Below, one piece after another: positions 13,363 to 27,040 of a DNA stretch of 64,000 nucleotides (the first letter of the stretch is position 1; each line of letters starts with the position of its first letter). A program made the position numbers and the translations under genes. The notes under the pieces were generated by a model. The model was not told where the DNA came from. It did not search any database and was given only the letters and a program-made list of their open reading frames with translations. Source of the DNA: Eledone cirrhosa (lineage: Eukaryota); the NCBI GenBank assembly GCA_964016885.1, contig OZ024740.1, positions 26,722,001 through 26,786,000 of the forward strand, in the 5' to 3' direction.

Positions 13363-16300
13363 TGCGTAATGTGCTCCCTTCTTTAGCCAATATTATACGG
13401 TAGTTGAGGAAGTAACATTGCTGTTTGTTATCCTCTTGACAGCAGTGTGTAATGTGCTCCCATCTCGAGTCAATATTATACGGTGGTTGAGGAAGTAACA
13501 TTGCTGTTTGTTATCCCCCTGACAGCAGTGTGTAATGTGCTCCCATCTCTAGTCAATATTATACGGTGGTTGAGGAAGTGACATTGCTGTTTGTTATCCT
13601 CTTGACAGCAGTGTGTAATGTGCTCCCATCTCTAGTCAATATTATACGGTGGTTGAGGAAGTGACACTGCTGTTTGTTATCCTCTTAACACCAGTGTGTA
13701 ATGTGCTCCCATCTCTAGTCAATATTATACGGTGGTTGAGGAAGTGACATTGCTGTTTGTTATCCTCTTGATAGCAGTGTGTAATGTGGTCCCATCTCTA
13801 GTCAATATTATACGGTGGTTGAGGAAGTGACACTGCTGTTTGTTATCCTCTTAACACCAGTGTGTAATGTGCTCCCATCTCTAGTCAATATTATACGGTG
13901 GTTGAGGAAGTGACATTGCTGTTTGTTATCCTCTTAACACCAGTGTGTAATGTGCTCCCATCTCTAGTCAATATTATACGGTGGTCGAGGATGTGACATT
14001 GCTGTTTGTTATCCTCTTGACAGCAGTGTGTAATGTGCTCCCATCTCTAGTCAATATTATACGGTGGTTGAGAAAGTGACATTGCTGTTTCTTATCCTCC
14101 TGGCAGCAGTGTGTAATGTGCTCCCATCTCTAGTCAATATTATACGGTGGTTGAGGAAGTGACATTGCTGTTTGTTATCCTCTTGACAGCAGTGTGTAAT
14201 GTGCTCCCATCTCTAGTCAATATTATACGGTGGTTGAGGAAGTAACATTGCTGTTTGTTATCCTCTTGACAGCAGTGTGTAATGTGCTCCCATCCCTAGT
14301 CAATATTATACGGTGGTTGAGGAAGTGACATTGCTGTTTGTTATCCTCTTGACAGTAGTGTGTATTGTGCTCCCATCTCTAGTCAATATTATACGGTGGT
14401 TGAGGAAGTGACATTGCTGTTTGTTATCCTCTTGACAGCAGTGTGTAATGTGCTCCCATCCCTAGTCAATATTATATGGTGGTTGAGGAAGTGACATTGC
14501 TGTTTGTTATCCTCTTGACAGTAGTGTGTAATGTGCTCCCATCTCTAGTCAATATTATACGGTGGTTGAGGAAGTGTCATTGCTGTTTGTTATCCTCTTG
14601 ACAGCAGTGTGTAATGTGTTCCCATCTCTAGTCAATATTATACGGTGGTTGAGGAAGTGACATTGCTGTTTGCTATTCTCCTGACAGCAGTGTGTAATGT
14701 GCTCCCATCTCTAGTCAATATTATACGGTGTTTGAGGAAGTGACATTGCTGTTTGCTATTCTCCTGTCAGCAGTGTGTAATGTGTTCCCATCTCTAGTCA
14801 ATATTATACGGTGGTTGAGGAAGTGACATTGCTGTTTGTTATCCCCCTGACAGCAGTGTGTAATGTGCTCCCATGTCTAGTCAATATTATACGGTGGTTG
14901 AGGAAGTGACATTGCTGTTTGCTATTCTCCTGTCAGCAGTGTGTAATGTGTTCCCATCTCTAGTCAATATTATACGGTGGTTGAGGAAGTGACATTGCTG
15001 TTTCTTATCCTCCTGGCAGCAGTGTGTAATGTGGTCCCATCTCTAGTCAATATTATACGGTGGTTGAGGAAGTGACATTGCTGTTTGTTATCCTCTTGAC
15101 AGCAGTGTGTAATGTGTTCCCATCTCTAGTCAATATTATACGGTGGTTGAGGAACTGACATTGCTGTTTCTTATCCTCCTGGCAGCAGTGTGTAATGTGC
15201 TCCCATCTCTAGTCAATATTATACGGTGGTTGAGGAAGTGACATTGCTGTTTGTTATCCTATTGACAGCAGTGTGTAATGTGGTCCCATCTCTAGTCAAT
15301 ATTATACGGTGGTTGAGGAAGTGTCATTGCTGTTTCTTATCCTCTTGACAGCAGTGTGTAATGTGCTCCCATCCCTAGTCAATATTATACGGTGGTTGAG
15401 GAAGTGACATTGCTGTTTCTTATCCTCTTGACAGCAGTGTGTAATGTGCTCCCATCTCTAGTCAATATTATACGGTGGTTGAGGAAGTGACATTGCTGTT
15501 TGTTATCCTCTTGACATCAGTGTGTAATGTGCTCCCATCTCTAGTCAATATTATACGGTGGTTGAGGAAGTGACATTGCTGTTTGTTATACTCTTGACAG
15601 CAGTGTGCAATGTGTTCCCATCTCTAGTCAATATTATACGGTGGTTGAGGAAGTGACATTGCTGTTTCTTATCCTCCTGGCAGCAGTGTGTAATGTGCTC
15701 CCATCTCTAGTCAATATTATACGGTGGTTGAGGAAGTGACATTGCTGTTTGTTATCCTCTTGACAGCAGTGTGTAATGTGCTCCCATCCCTAGTCAATAT
15801 TATACGGTGGTTGAGGAAGTGACATAGCTGTTTCTTATCCCATTGACAGCAGTGTGTAATGTGCTCCCATCTCTAGTCAATATTATACGGTGGTTGAGGA
15901 AGTAACATTGCTGTTTGTTATCCTCTTGACAGCAATGTGTAATGTGCTCCCATCTCTAGTCAATATTATACGGTGGATGAGGAAGTAACATTGCTGTTTG
16001 TTATCCTCTTGACAGCAGTGTGTAATGTGCTCCCATCTCTAGTCAATATTATACGGTGGTTGAGGAAGTAACATTGCTGTTTGTTATCCCCCTGACAGCA
16101 GTGTGTAATGTGCTCCCATCTCTAGTCAATATTATACGGTGGTTGAGGAAGTAACATTGCTGTTTGTTATCCTCTTGACAGCAGTGTGTAATGTGCTCCC
16201 ATCTCTAGTCAATATTATACGGTGGTTGAGGAAGTTTCATTGCTGTTTCTTATCCTCTTGACAGCAGTGTGTAATGTGCTCCCATCTCTAGTCAATATTA

Positions 16301-19300
16301 TACGGTGGTTGAGGAAGTGACATTGCTGTTTCTTATCCTCTTGACATCAGTGTGTAATGTGCTCCCATCTCTAGTCAATATTATACGGTGGTTGAGGAAG
16401 TGTCATTGCTGTTTGTTATCCTCTTGACAGCAGTGTGTAATGTGCTCCCATCTCTAGTCAATATTATACGGTGGTTGAGGAAGTGACATTGCTGTTTGTT
16501 ATACTCTTGACAGCAGTGTGTAATGTGCTCCCATCTCTAGTCAATATTATACGGTGGTTGAGGAAGTGACATTGCTGTTTGTTATCCTCTTGACAGCAGT
16601 GTGTAATGTGCTCCCATCCCTAGTCAATATTATACGGTGGTTGAGGAAGTGACATTGCTGTTTCTTATCCTCTTGACAGCAGTGTGTAATGTGCTCCCAT
16701 CTCTAGTCAATATTATACGGTGGTTGAGGAAGTAACATTGCTGTTTCTTATCCTCTTGACAGCAGTGTGTAATGTGCTCCCATCTCTAGTCAATATTATA
16801 CGGTGGTTGAGGAAGTAACATTGCTGTTTGTTATCCTCTTGACAGCAGTGTGTAATGTGCTCCCATCTCTAGTCAATATTATACGGTGGTTGAGGAAGTA
16901 ACATTGCTGTTTGTTATCCTCTTGACAGCAGTGTGTAATGTGCTCCCATCTCTAGTCAATATTATACGGTGGTTGAGGAAGTAACATTGCTGTTTGTTAT
17001 CCTCTTGACAGCAGTGTGTAATGTGCTCCCATCTCTAGTCAATATTATACGGTGGTTGAGGAAGTAACATTGCTGTTTGTTATCCCCCTGACAGCAGTGT
17101 GTAATGTGCTCCCATCTCTAGTCAATATTATACGGTGGTTGAGGAAGTAACATTGCTGTTTGTTATCCTCTTGACAGCAGTGTGTAATGTGCTCCCATCT
17201 CTAGTCAATATTATACGGTGGTTGAGGAAGTGACATTGCTGTTTGTTATCCTCTTGACAGCAGTGTGTAATGTGTTCCCATCTCTAGTCAATATTATACG
17301 GTGGTTGAGGAAGTGACATTGCTGTTTCTTATCCTCCTGGCAGCAGTGTGTAAGGTGCTCGCATCTCTAGTCAATATTATACGGTGGTTGAGGAAGTGAC
17401 ATTGCTGTTTGTTATCCTCTTGACAGCAGTGTGTAATGTGCTCCCATCCCTAGTCAATATTATACGGTGGTTGAGGAAGTGACATTGCTGTTTCTTATCC
17501 CATTGACAGCAGTGTGTAATGTGCTCCCATCTCTAGTCAATATTATACGGTGGTTGAGGAAGTAACATTGCTGTTTGTTATCCTCTTGACAGCAGTGTGT
17601 AATGTGCTCCCATCTCTAGTCAATATTATACGGTGGTTGAGGAAGTAACATTGCTGTTTGTTATCCTCTTGACAGCAGTGTGTAATGTGCTCCCATCTCT
17701 AGTCAATATTATACGGTGGTTGAGGAAGTAACATTGCTGTTTGTTATCCCCCTGACAGCAGTGTGTAATGTGCTCCCATCTCTAGTCAATATTATACGGT
17801 GGTTGAGGAAGTAACATTGCTGTTTGTTATCCTCTTGACAGCAGTGTGTAATGTGCTCCCATCTCTAGTCAATATTATACGGTGGTTGAGGAAGTGTCAT
17901 TGCTGTTTCTTATCCTCTTGACAGCACTGTGTAATGTGCTCCCATCTCTAGTCAATATTATACGGTGGTTGAGGAAGTGACATTGCTGTTTCTTATCCTC
18001 TTGACATCAGTGTGTAATGTGCTCCCATCTCTAGTCAATATTATACGGTGGTTGAGGAAGTGTCATTGCTGTTTGTTATCCTCTTGACAGCAGTGTGTAA
18101 TGTGCTCCCATCTCTAGTCAATATAATACGGTGGTTGAGGAAGTGACATTGCTGTTTGTTATCCTCTTGACAGCAGTGTGTAATGTGCTCCCATCTCTAG
18201 TCAATATTATACGGTGGTTGAGGAAGTGTCATTGCTGTTTCTTATCCTCTTGACAGCACTGTATAATGTGCTCCCATCTCTAGTCAATATTATACGGTGG
18301 TTGAGGAAGTGTCATTGCTGTTTGTTATCCTCTTGACAGCAGTGTGTAATGTGTACCCATCTCTAGTCAATATTATACGGTGGTTGAGGAAGTAACATTG
18401 CTGTTTCTTATCCTCTTGACATCAGTGTGTAATGTGCTCCCATCATTAGTCAATATTATACGGTGGTTGAGGAAGTGACATTGCTGTTTGCTATTCTCCT
18501 GACAGCAGTGTGTAATGTGCTCCCATCTCTAGTCAATATTATACGGTGGTTGAGGAAGTGACATTGCTGTTTGCTATTCTCCTGACAGCAGTGTGTAATG
18601 TGCTCCCATCTCTAGTCAATATTATACGGTGTTTGAGGAAGTGACATTGCTGTTTGCTATTCTCCTGTCAGCAGTGTGTAATGTGTTCCCATCTCTAGTC
18701 AATATTATACGGTGGTTGAGGAAGTGACACTGCTGTTTGTTATCCCCCTTACAGCAGTGTGTAATGTGCTCCCATCTCTATTCAATATTATACGGTGGTT
18801 GAGGAAGTGACATTGCTGTTTGCTATTCTCCTGTCAGCAGTGTGTAATGTGTTCCCATCTCTAGTCAATATTATACGGTGGTTGAGGAAGTGACATTGCT
18901 GTTTGTTATCCTCTTGACAGCAGTGTGTAATGTGTTCCCATCTCTAGTCAATATTATACGGTGGTTGAGGAAGTGACATTGCTGTTTCTTATCCTCCTGG
19001 CAGCAGTTTGTAATGTGCTCCCATCTCTAGTCAATATTATACGGTGGTTGAGGAAGTGACATTGCTGTTTGTTATCCTCTTGACAGCAGTGTGTAATGTG
19101 GTCCCATCTCTAGTTAATATTATACGGTGGTTGAGGAAGTGTCATTGCTGTTTCTTATCCTCTTGACAGCAGTGTGTAATGTGCTCCCATCCCTAGTCAA
19201 TATTATACGGTGGTTGAGGAAGTGACATTGCTGTTTCTTATCCTCTTGACAGCAGTGTGTAATGTGCTCCCATCTCTAGTCAATATTATACGGTGGTTGA

Positions 19301-22300
19301 GGAAGTGACATTGCTGTTTGTTATCCTCTTGACAGCAGTGTGTAATGTGCTCCCATCCCTAGTCAATATTATACGGTGGTTGAGGAAGTGACATTGCTGT
19401 TTGTTATCCTCTTGACAGCAGTGTGTAATGTGCTCCCATCTCTAGTCAATATTATACGGTGGTTGAGGAAGTAACCTTGCTGTTTGTTATCCTCTTGACA
19501 GCAGTGTGTAATGTGCTCCCATCTCTAGTCAATATTATACAGTGGTTGAGGAAGAAACATTGCTGTTTGTTATCCTCTTGACAGCAGTGTGTAATGTGCT
19601 CCCATCTGTAGTCAATATTATACGGTGGTTGAGGAAGTAACATTGCTGTTTGTTATCCCCCTGACAGCAGTGTGTAATGTGCTCCCATCTCTAGTCAATA
19701 TTATACGGTGGTTGAGGAAGTAACATTGCTGTTTGTTATCCTCTTGACAGCAGTGTGTAATGTGCTCCCATCTCTAGTCAATATTATACGGTGGTTGAGG
19801 AAGTGACATTGCTGTTTGTTATCCTCTTGACAGCAGTGTGTAATGTGTTCCCATCTCTAGTCAATATTATACGGTGGTTGAGGAAGTGACATTGCTGTTT
19901 CTTATCCTCCTGGCAGCAGTGTGTAAGGTGCTCCCATCTCTAGTCAATATTATACGGTGGTTGAGGAAGTGACATTGCTGTTTCTTATCCTCTTGACAGC
20001 AGTGTGTAATGTGCTCCCATCTCTAGTCAATATTATACGGTGGTTGAGGAAGTAACATTGCTGTTTGTTATCCTCTTGACAGCAGTGTGTAATGTGCTCC
20101 CATCTCTAGTCAATATTATACGGTGGTTGAGGAAGTAACATTGCTGTTTGTTATCCTCTTGACAGCAGTGTGTAATGTGCTCCCATCTCTAGTCAATATT
20201 ATACGGTGGTTGAGGAAGTAACATTGCTGTTTGTTATCCCCCTGACAGCAGTGTGTAATGTGCTCCCATCTCTAGTCAATATTATACGGTGGTTGAGGAA
20301 GTAACATTGCTGTTTGTTATCCTCTTGACAGCAGTGTGTAATGTGCTCCCATCTCTAGTCAATATTATACGGTGGTTGAGGAAGTGTCATTGCTGTTTGT
20401 TATCCTCTTGACAGCAGTGTGTAATGTGCTCCCATCTCTAGTCAATATTATACGGTGGTTGAGGAAGTAACATTGCTGTTTGTTATCCTCTTGACAGCAG
20501 TGTGTAATGTGCTCCCATCTCTAGTCAATATTATACGGTGGTTGAGGAAGTAACATTGCTGTTTGTTATCCCCCTGACAGCAGTGTGTAATGTGCTCCCA
20601 TCTCTAGTCAATATTATACGGTGGTTGAGGAAGTAACATTGCTGTTTGTTATCCTCTTGACAGCAGTGTGTAATGTGCTCCCATCTCTAGTCAATATTAT
20701 ACGGTGGTTGAGGAAGTGTCATTGCTGTTTGTTATCCTCTTGACAGCAGTGTGTAATGTGCTCCCATCTCTAGTCACTATTATACGGTGGTTGAGGAAGT
20801 GACATTGCTGTTTGTTATACTCTTGACAGCAGTGTGTAATGTGCTCCCATCTCTAGTCAATATTATACGGTGGTTGAGGAAGTGACATTGCTGTTTCTTA
20901 TCCTCTTGACAGCAGTGTGTAATGTGCTCCCATCTCTAGTCAATATTATACGGTGGTTGAGGAAGTGTCATTGCTGTTTGTTATCCTCTTGACAGCAGTG
21001 TGTAATGTGCTCCCATCTCTAGTCAATATTATACGGTGGTTGAGGAAGTGTCACTGCTGTTTCTTATCCTCTTGACAGCAGTGTGTAATGTGTTCCCATC
21101 TCTAGTCAATATTATACGGTGGTTGAGGAAGTGACATTGCTGTTTGCTATTCTCCTGACAGCAGTGTGTAATGTGCTCCCATCTCTAGTCAATATTATAC
21201 GGTGGTTGAGGAAGTGACATTGCTGTTTGCTATTCTCCTGTCAGCAGTGTGTAATGTGTTCCCATCTCTAGTCAATATTATACGGTGGTTGAGGAAGTGA
21301 CATTGCTGTTTGTTATCCTATTGACAGCAGTGTGTAATGTGGTCCCATCTCTAGTCAATATTATACGGTGGTTGAGGAAGTGTCATTGCTGTTTCTTATC
21401 CTCTTGACAGCAGTGTGTAATGTGTTCCCATCTCTAGTCAATATTATACGGTGGTTGAGGAAGTGACATTGCTGTTTCTTATCCTCCTGGCAGCAGTGTG
21501 TAATGTGCTCCCATCTCTAGTCAATATTATACGGTGGTTGAGGAAGTGACATTGCTGTTTGTTATCCTCTTGACAGCAGTGTGTAATGTGTTCCCATCTC
21601 TATTCAATATTATACGGGGGTTGAGGAAGTGACATTGCTGTTTCTTATCCTCCTGGCAGCAGTGTGTAAGGTGCTCCCATCTCTAGTCAATATTATACGG
21701 TGGTTGAGGAAGTGACATTGCTGTTTGTTATCCTCTTGACAGCAGTGTGTAATGTGCTCCCATCCCTAGTCAATATTATACGGTGGTTGAGGAAGTGACA
21801 TTGCTGTTTCATATCCTCTTGACAGCAGTGTGTAATGTGCTCCCATCTCTAGTCAATATTATACGGTGGTTGAGGAAGTAACATTGCTGTTTGTTATCCT
21901 CTTGACAGCAGTGTGTAATGTGCTCCCATCTCTAGTCAATATTATACGGTGGTTGAGGAAGTAACATTGCTGTTTGTTATCCTCTTGACAGCAGTGTGTA
22001 ATGTGCTCCCATCTCTAGTCAATATTATACGGTGGTTGAGGAAGTAACATTGCTGTTTGTTATCCCCCTGACAGCAGTGTGTAATGTGCTCCCATCTCTA
22101 GTCAATATTATACGGTGGTTGAGGAAGTAACATTGCTGTTTGTTATCCTCTTGACAGCAGTGTGTAATGTGCTCCCATCATTAGTCAATATTATACGGTG
22201 GTTGAGGAAGTGTCATTGCTGTTTTTTATCCTCTTGACAGCAGTGTGTAATGAGCTCCCATCTCTAGTCAATATTATACGGTGGTTGAGGAAGTGACATT

Positions 22301-24461
22301 GCTGTTTGTTATCCTCTTGACAGCAGTGTGTAATGTGCTCCCATCTCTAGTCAATATTATACGGTGGTTGAGGAAGTGACATTGCTGTTTCTTATCCTCT
22401 TGACAGCAGTGTGTAATGTGCTCCCATCTCTAGTCAATATTATACGGTGGTTGAGGAAGTGTCATTGCTGTTTGTTATCCTCTTGACAGCAGTGTGTAAT
22501 GTGCTCCTATCTCTAGTCACTATTATACGGTGGTTGAGGAAGTGACATTGCTGTTTGTTATACTCTTGACAGCAGTGTGTAATGTGCTCCCATCTCTAGT
22601 TAATATTATACGGTGGTTGAGGAAGTGACATTGCTGTTTCTTATCCTCTTGACAGCAGTGTGTAATGTGCTCCCATCTCTAGTCAATATTATACGGTGGT
22701 TGAGGAAGTGTCATTGCTGTTTGTTATCCTCTTGACAGCAGTGTGTAATGTGCTCCCATCTCTAGTCAATATTATACGGTGGTTGAGGAAGTGTCATTGC
22801 TGTTTCTTATCCTCTTGACAGCAGTGTGTAATGTGTTCCCATCTCTAGTCAATATTATACGGTGGTTGAGGAAGTGACATTGCTGTTTGCTATTCTCCTG
22901 ACAGCAGTGTGTAATGTGCTCCCATCTCTAGTCAATATTATACGGTGGTTGAGGAAGTGACATTGCTGTTTGCTATTCTCCTGTCAGCAGTGTGTAATGT
23001 GTTCCCATCTCTAGTCAATATTATACGGTGGTTGAGGAAGTGACATTGCTGTTTGTTATCCTATTGACAGCAGTGTGTAATGTGGTCCCATCTCTAGTCA
23101 ATATTATACGGTGGTTGAGGAAGTGTCATTGCTGTTTCTTATCCTCTTGACAGCAGTGTGTAATGTGCTCCCATCCCTAGTCAATATTATACGGTGGTTG
23201 AGGAAGTGACATTGCTGTTTCTTATCCTCTTGACAGCAGTGTGTAATGTGCTCCCATCTCTAGTCAATATTATACGGTGGTTGAGGAAGTGACATTGCTG
23301 TTTGTTATCCTCTTGACATCAGTGTGTAATGTGCTCCCATCTCTAGTCAATATTATACGGTGGTTGAGGAAGTGACATTGCTGTTTGTTATCCTCTTGAC
23401 AGCAGTGTGTAATGTGTTCCCATCTCTAGTCAATATTATACGGTGGTTGAGGAAGTGACATTGCTGTTTCTTATCCTCCTGGCAGCAGTGTGTAATGTGC
23501 TCCCATCTCTAGTCAATATTATACGGTGGTTGAGGAAGTGACATTGCTGTTTGTTATCCTCTTGACAGCAGTGTGTAATGTGTTCCCATCTCTAGTCAAT
23601 ATTATACGGGGGTTGAGGAAGTGACATTGCTGTTTCTTATCCTCCTGGCAGCAGTGTGTAAGGTGCTCCCATCTCTAGTCAATATTATACGGTCGTTGAG
23701 GAAGTGACATTGCTGTTTGTTATCCTCTTGACAGCAGTGTGTAATGTGCTCCCATCCCTAGTCAATATTATACGGTGGTTGAGGAAGTGACATTGCTGTT
23801 TCATATCCTCTTGACAGCAGTGTGTAATGTGCTCCCATCTCTAGTCAATATTATACGGTGGTTGAGGAAGTAACATTGCTGTTTGTTATCCTCTTGACAG
23901 CAGTGTGTAATGTGCTCCCATCTCTAGTCAATATTATACGGTGGTTGAGGAAGTAACATTGCTGTTTGTTATCCTCTTGACAGCAGTGTGTAATGTGCTC
24001 CCATCTCTAGTCAATATTATACGGTGGTTGAGGAAGTAACATTGCTGTTTGTTATCCCCCTGACAGCAGTGTGTAATGTGGTCCCATCTCTAGTCAATAT
24101 TATACGGTGGTTGAGGAAGTAACATTGCTGTTTGTTATCCTCTTGACAGCAGTGTGTAATGTGCTCCCATCATTAGTCAATATTATACGGTGGTTGAGGA
24201 AGTGTCATTGCTGTTTCTTATCCTCTTGACAGCAGTGTGTAATGAGCTCCCATCTCTAGTCAATATTATACGGTGGTTGAGGAAGTGACATTGCTGTTTC
24301 TTATCCTCTTGACAGCAGTGTGTAATGTGCTCCCATCTCTAGTCAATATTATACGGTGGTTGAGGAAGTGTCATTGCTGTTTCTTATCCTCTTGACAGCA
24401 GTGTGTAATGTGCTCCCATCTCTAGTCAATATTATACGGTGGTTGAGGAAGTGACATTGCT
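13363..24461. repeat. 83-bp tandem satellite, about 133 copies, highly homogeneous
   Basis: Unit ACATTGCTGTTTGTTATCCTCTTGACAGCAGTGTGTAATGTGCTCCCATCTCTAGTCAATATTATACGGTGGTTGAGGAAGTG. Period checked at 13581 to 13664. Confidence 0.98.
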
Positions 24462-24544
24462 TCTGACATCAGTTCGAAGGAAATACATCATAGGAACACG
24501 CGAGACACCTTTGACAGAATAAACTTGACGGTATAACTAAGCAC

Positions 24545-24930
24545 TGGGTGGCTTCCTTAATACACCTGACGACATTACCAACAGATGGGGAGTGGGGCTT
24601 CCTTAATACACCTGACGACATTACCAACACCTGGGGGGTGGCTTCCTTAATACACCTGACGACATTACCAACACCTTGGGGGAGGGGGATTCCTTAATAC
24701 ACCTGACGACATTACCAACACCTGGGGTGGCTTCCTTAATACATCTGACGACATTACCAACACCTAGGGGGAGGGGGGAGGGGCTTCCTTAATACACCTG
24801 ACGACATTACCAACACCTGGGGGGAGGGGTGGCTTCCTTAATACACCTGTCGGGATAACCCACACATGGGGGGGGGGTATTCTTTAATACACCTGACGGC
24901 ATAACCAACACCTGGAGTGGCTTCCTTAAT
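24545..24930. repeat. Minisatellite, about 8-9 units of 40-50 bp with variable G tracts
   Basis: Unit GGCTTCCTTAATACACCTGACGACATTACCAACACCT followed by a G-rich linker of varying length. Confidence 0.95.
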
Positions 24931-25415
24931 AAATTACAAAAACAAAGAAATGTAGCAGTCTTAATGAAAGCAAAACCGATGCAAGGCTGTATCCTTCTGT
25001 CTTCTATAAAGCAGGTGAGAAAGGACTAGGCAGGAGGGTGAAAATGGAAATCGAGTAACAAGATTTCTACAAGGTGCTGACGAATGAAAATGCAAGTTAA
25101 CTGAAGAAAACATTACTATTCCCAAACCATAGAGCTATAGGAACACTAGGTATGTCTTCACCTGACTTTAAATTGTTAGTTAAGAATGTCTTGTTTGGCA
25201 ACATGGTGTGGGTACATGAAAAAGTATATAAAATAAGAGGAACTTAAGAAGTCATGTGATGGTCAAGAGTGGTTGTTTAGATTACTTCCTGTTGCGTTTG
25301 AATATCGTGGAATTGTAGGTTTATCCACCATATTTGACTGAGATTGTTCAGGGAAGAAGGGTATAGTGGAGAAGCAAGTACCGTGAGGGAGACGGGAAAA
25401 CCATCATTATGTGTA

Positions 25416-25762
25416 CTAGCAGAAAAATAACCCTTCGGGTGGTTTTCTCCTAGCATGTGTGGTGTGCATACTGATATTATACGCAAGTATATATGCATGT
25501 AGATATGATACATCAAATAAAATCGTAATTGACAATATACACAGAAATTGAACGAAGACTGCGTTACACTGTCTTTTGTAATCAGTAACGTAATTCATGA
25601 TACATAAAAAAAGACGATATTATATATAAACTGCATTTAGTAGATAAATTATGTAATATTCATTCATTATTTATTCAAAGTAATCCCATTTATTTTACAA
25701 ACAGTATAAAACCAATATATTCTGGACGCAGACCCGCACTCCTTACTTTATTATAGTTTAGA
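25416..25762 (-). mobile_element. Non-autonomous Helitron-like element (347 bp)
   Basis: Minus strand starts A|TCTAAACTATAAT and ends with hairpin ACCC-GAA-GGT then CTAG|T. No TSD. A second copy is at 33856-34532. Confidence 0.75.
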
Positions 25763-26487
25763 TAGCAAAATCGCTTAAGCGAAAAACAACACTGAAAGCA
25801 AAATTCACACCATCAGCAAGGAACAAACATAATCATTTTGAAATATGGGAGTCGTTACAAAAGTCTCGCGATTCAACCATAGCATACATAACAAGGGGTG
25901 TTCATACGAGAAAGTCAACTAGGAACCTCTAATGGTCCTCAGATAGAATCAACGCTGGTTGATATTGCTGGAGGGAGCGATAATGTCGGGAGGCGCTGAA
26001 AACATTGTGCTCTCTAGTAGACAGTTAATTAAAGACAGAAACGTTAGTGATGTGGTCGGCCGGCCTTACGGTATATATTGTAGCTTTGTGTACCGAATTC
26101 ACATCATGTCGAGGTCAACTTTCACTCTCATCATTTCTGGGACTATTACACAATTAACCGTTTGATTAATTGGTTATCAGATTTCTTTCGTCACGATTTG
26201 TAAGCTTTTCGTTGACTATGGCCCCTCCTGTATCCCCACTCACTTATCAGCATATATTTCTTGCTACCATATTCATCGAGAAGGTCGCAAATACTGAACA
26301 AGAAATTTAACAAACCAATCAATACATCGCTTGATTAAGTAGGTAATTATCATATAAAACAACTAGAAATCCGCCGTCGATTTCGACGATGGACATTGAA
26401 TGGTTCTATTAAGTGAAATAAGGTGGGGAGAGTGAGGGAGACGGAGGCAGTGAGTGAAAGAGTTGGAACATCAACACTTATTTATTT

Positions 26488-27040
26488 GAAAAGAAATAGG
26501 ATTTCGCTTCAAGCATAGCTTTATACAATATGTATAAATATTTCGTATCTCCACAGAAATACGGTTTTAGGAAGCCGTAGCTATGCAAACACCGGGGGGC
26601 TAACGCCCTCTGGTGATGTCCAGCAGAAGCAAGGGGGACAACCGTCTATGCATTTCAGGCTTAACTGGCCGTCGTCAGGACGGTCCCTCACACCGCTTGC
26701 GACTGCTGGACTAGAAGACAAGCGAGAATATATATATTTCTCGTCTGTGTAAATGAGGTGATTGATCTCATTTGCATATGAAGCTGCATAAGTTGGCTCA
26801 ACTTATAGTAGAAAAGAAATAGGATTTCGCCTCAAGCATAGCTTTATACAATAGTCTGTCTTCTAGTCCAGCAGTCGGTGGGAGGGACCGTCCTGACGAT
26901 GGCCAGTTAATCCTGAAATGCATACACGGTTGTCCCCTTTGCTTCTGCTGAACATCACCAGAGGGTGGTAGCCCCCCGGTGTTTGCATAGCTACGGCTTC
27001 CTAAAACCGTATTTCATTGGAGATACGAAATATCTATACA
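26488..27040 (-). mobile_element. Non-autonomous PLE derivative (family P7): full unit, partial tandem repeat and inverted segment, with TSD
   Basis: Direct repeat 26488-26530 and 26811-26853. Inverted arms 26531-26720 and 26857-27040. Flanking ACACTTATTTATTT at 26474-26487 and 27038-27051. Confidence 0.85.
26635..26687 (-). ncRNA. Type I hammerhead ribozyme motif (mirror copy on plus strand at 26884-26936)
   Basis: Minus strand reads GGGACCGTC-CTGACGA-CGGC CAGTTAA GCCT-GAA-ATGCAT-A-GACGGTTGTCCC. Confidence 0.85.

Noticed and set aside
13020-13501. Minus-strand ORFs running out of the satellite, with a hydrophobic stretch
   Set aside because: No recognisable domain or supported splice structure. 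The 83-bp unit is not a multiple of 3 and carries frequent stops.
13363-24461. CRISPR-like or pre-miRNA cluster interpretation of the 83-bp array
   Set aside because: There are no unique spacers and no cas genes, and the context is eukaryotic. The 11-bp stem is too short for a canonical pre-miRNA.
24545-24930. CTGACGA in each minisatellite unit as a hammerhead core, or a repeat-spacer CRISPR
   Set aside because: There is no downstream stem II-GAAA, and the spacers are only G runs.
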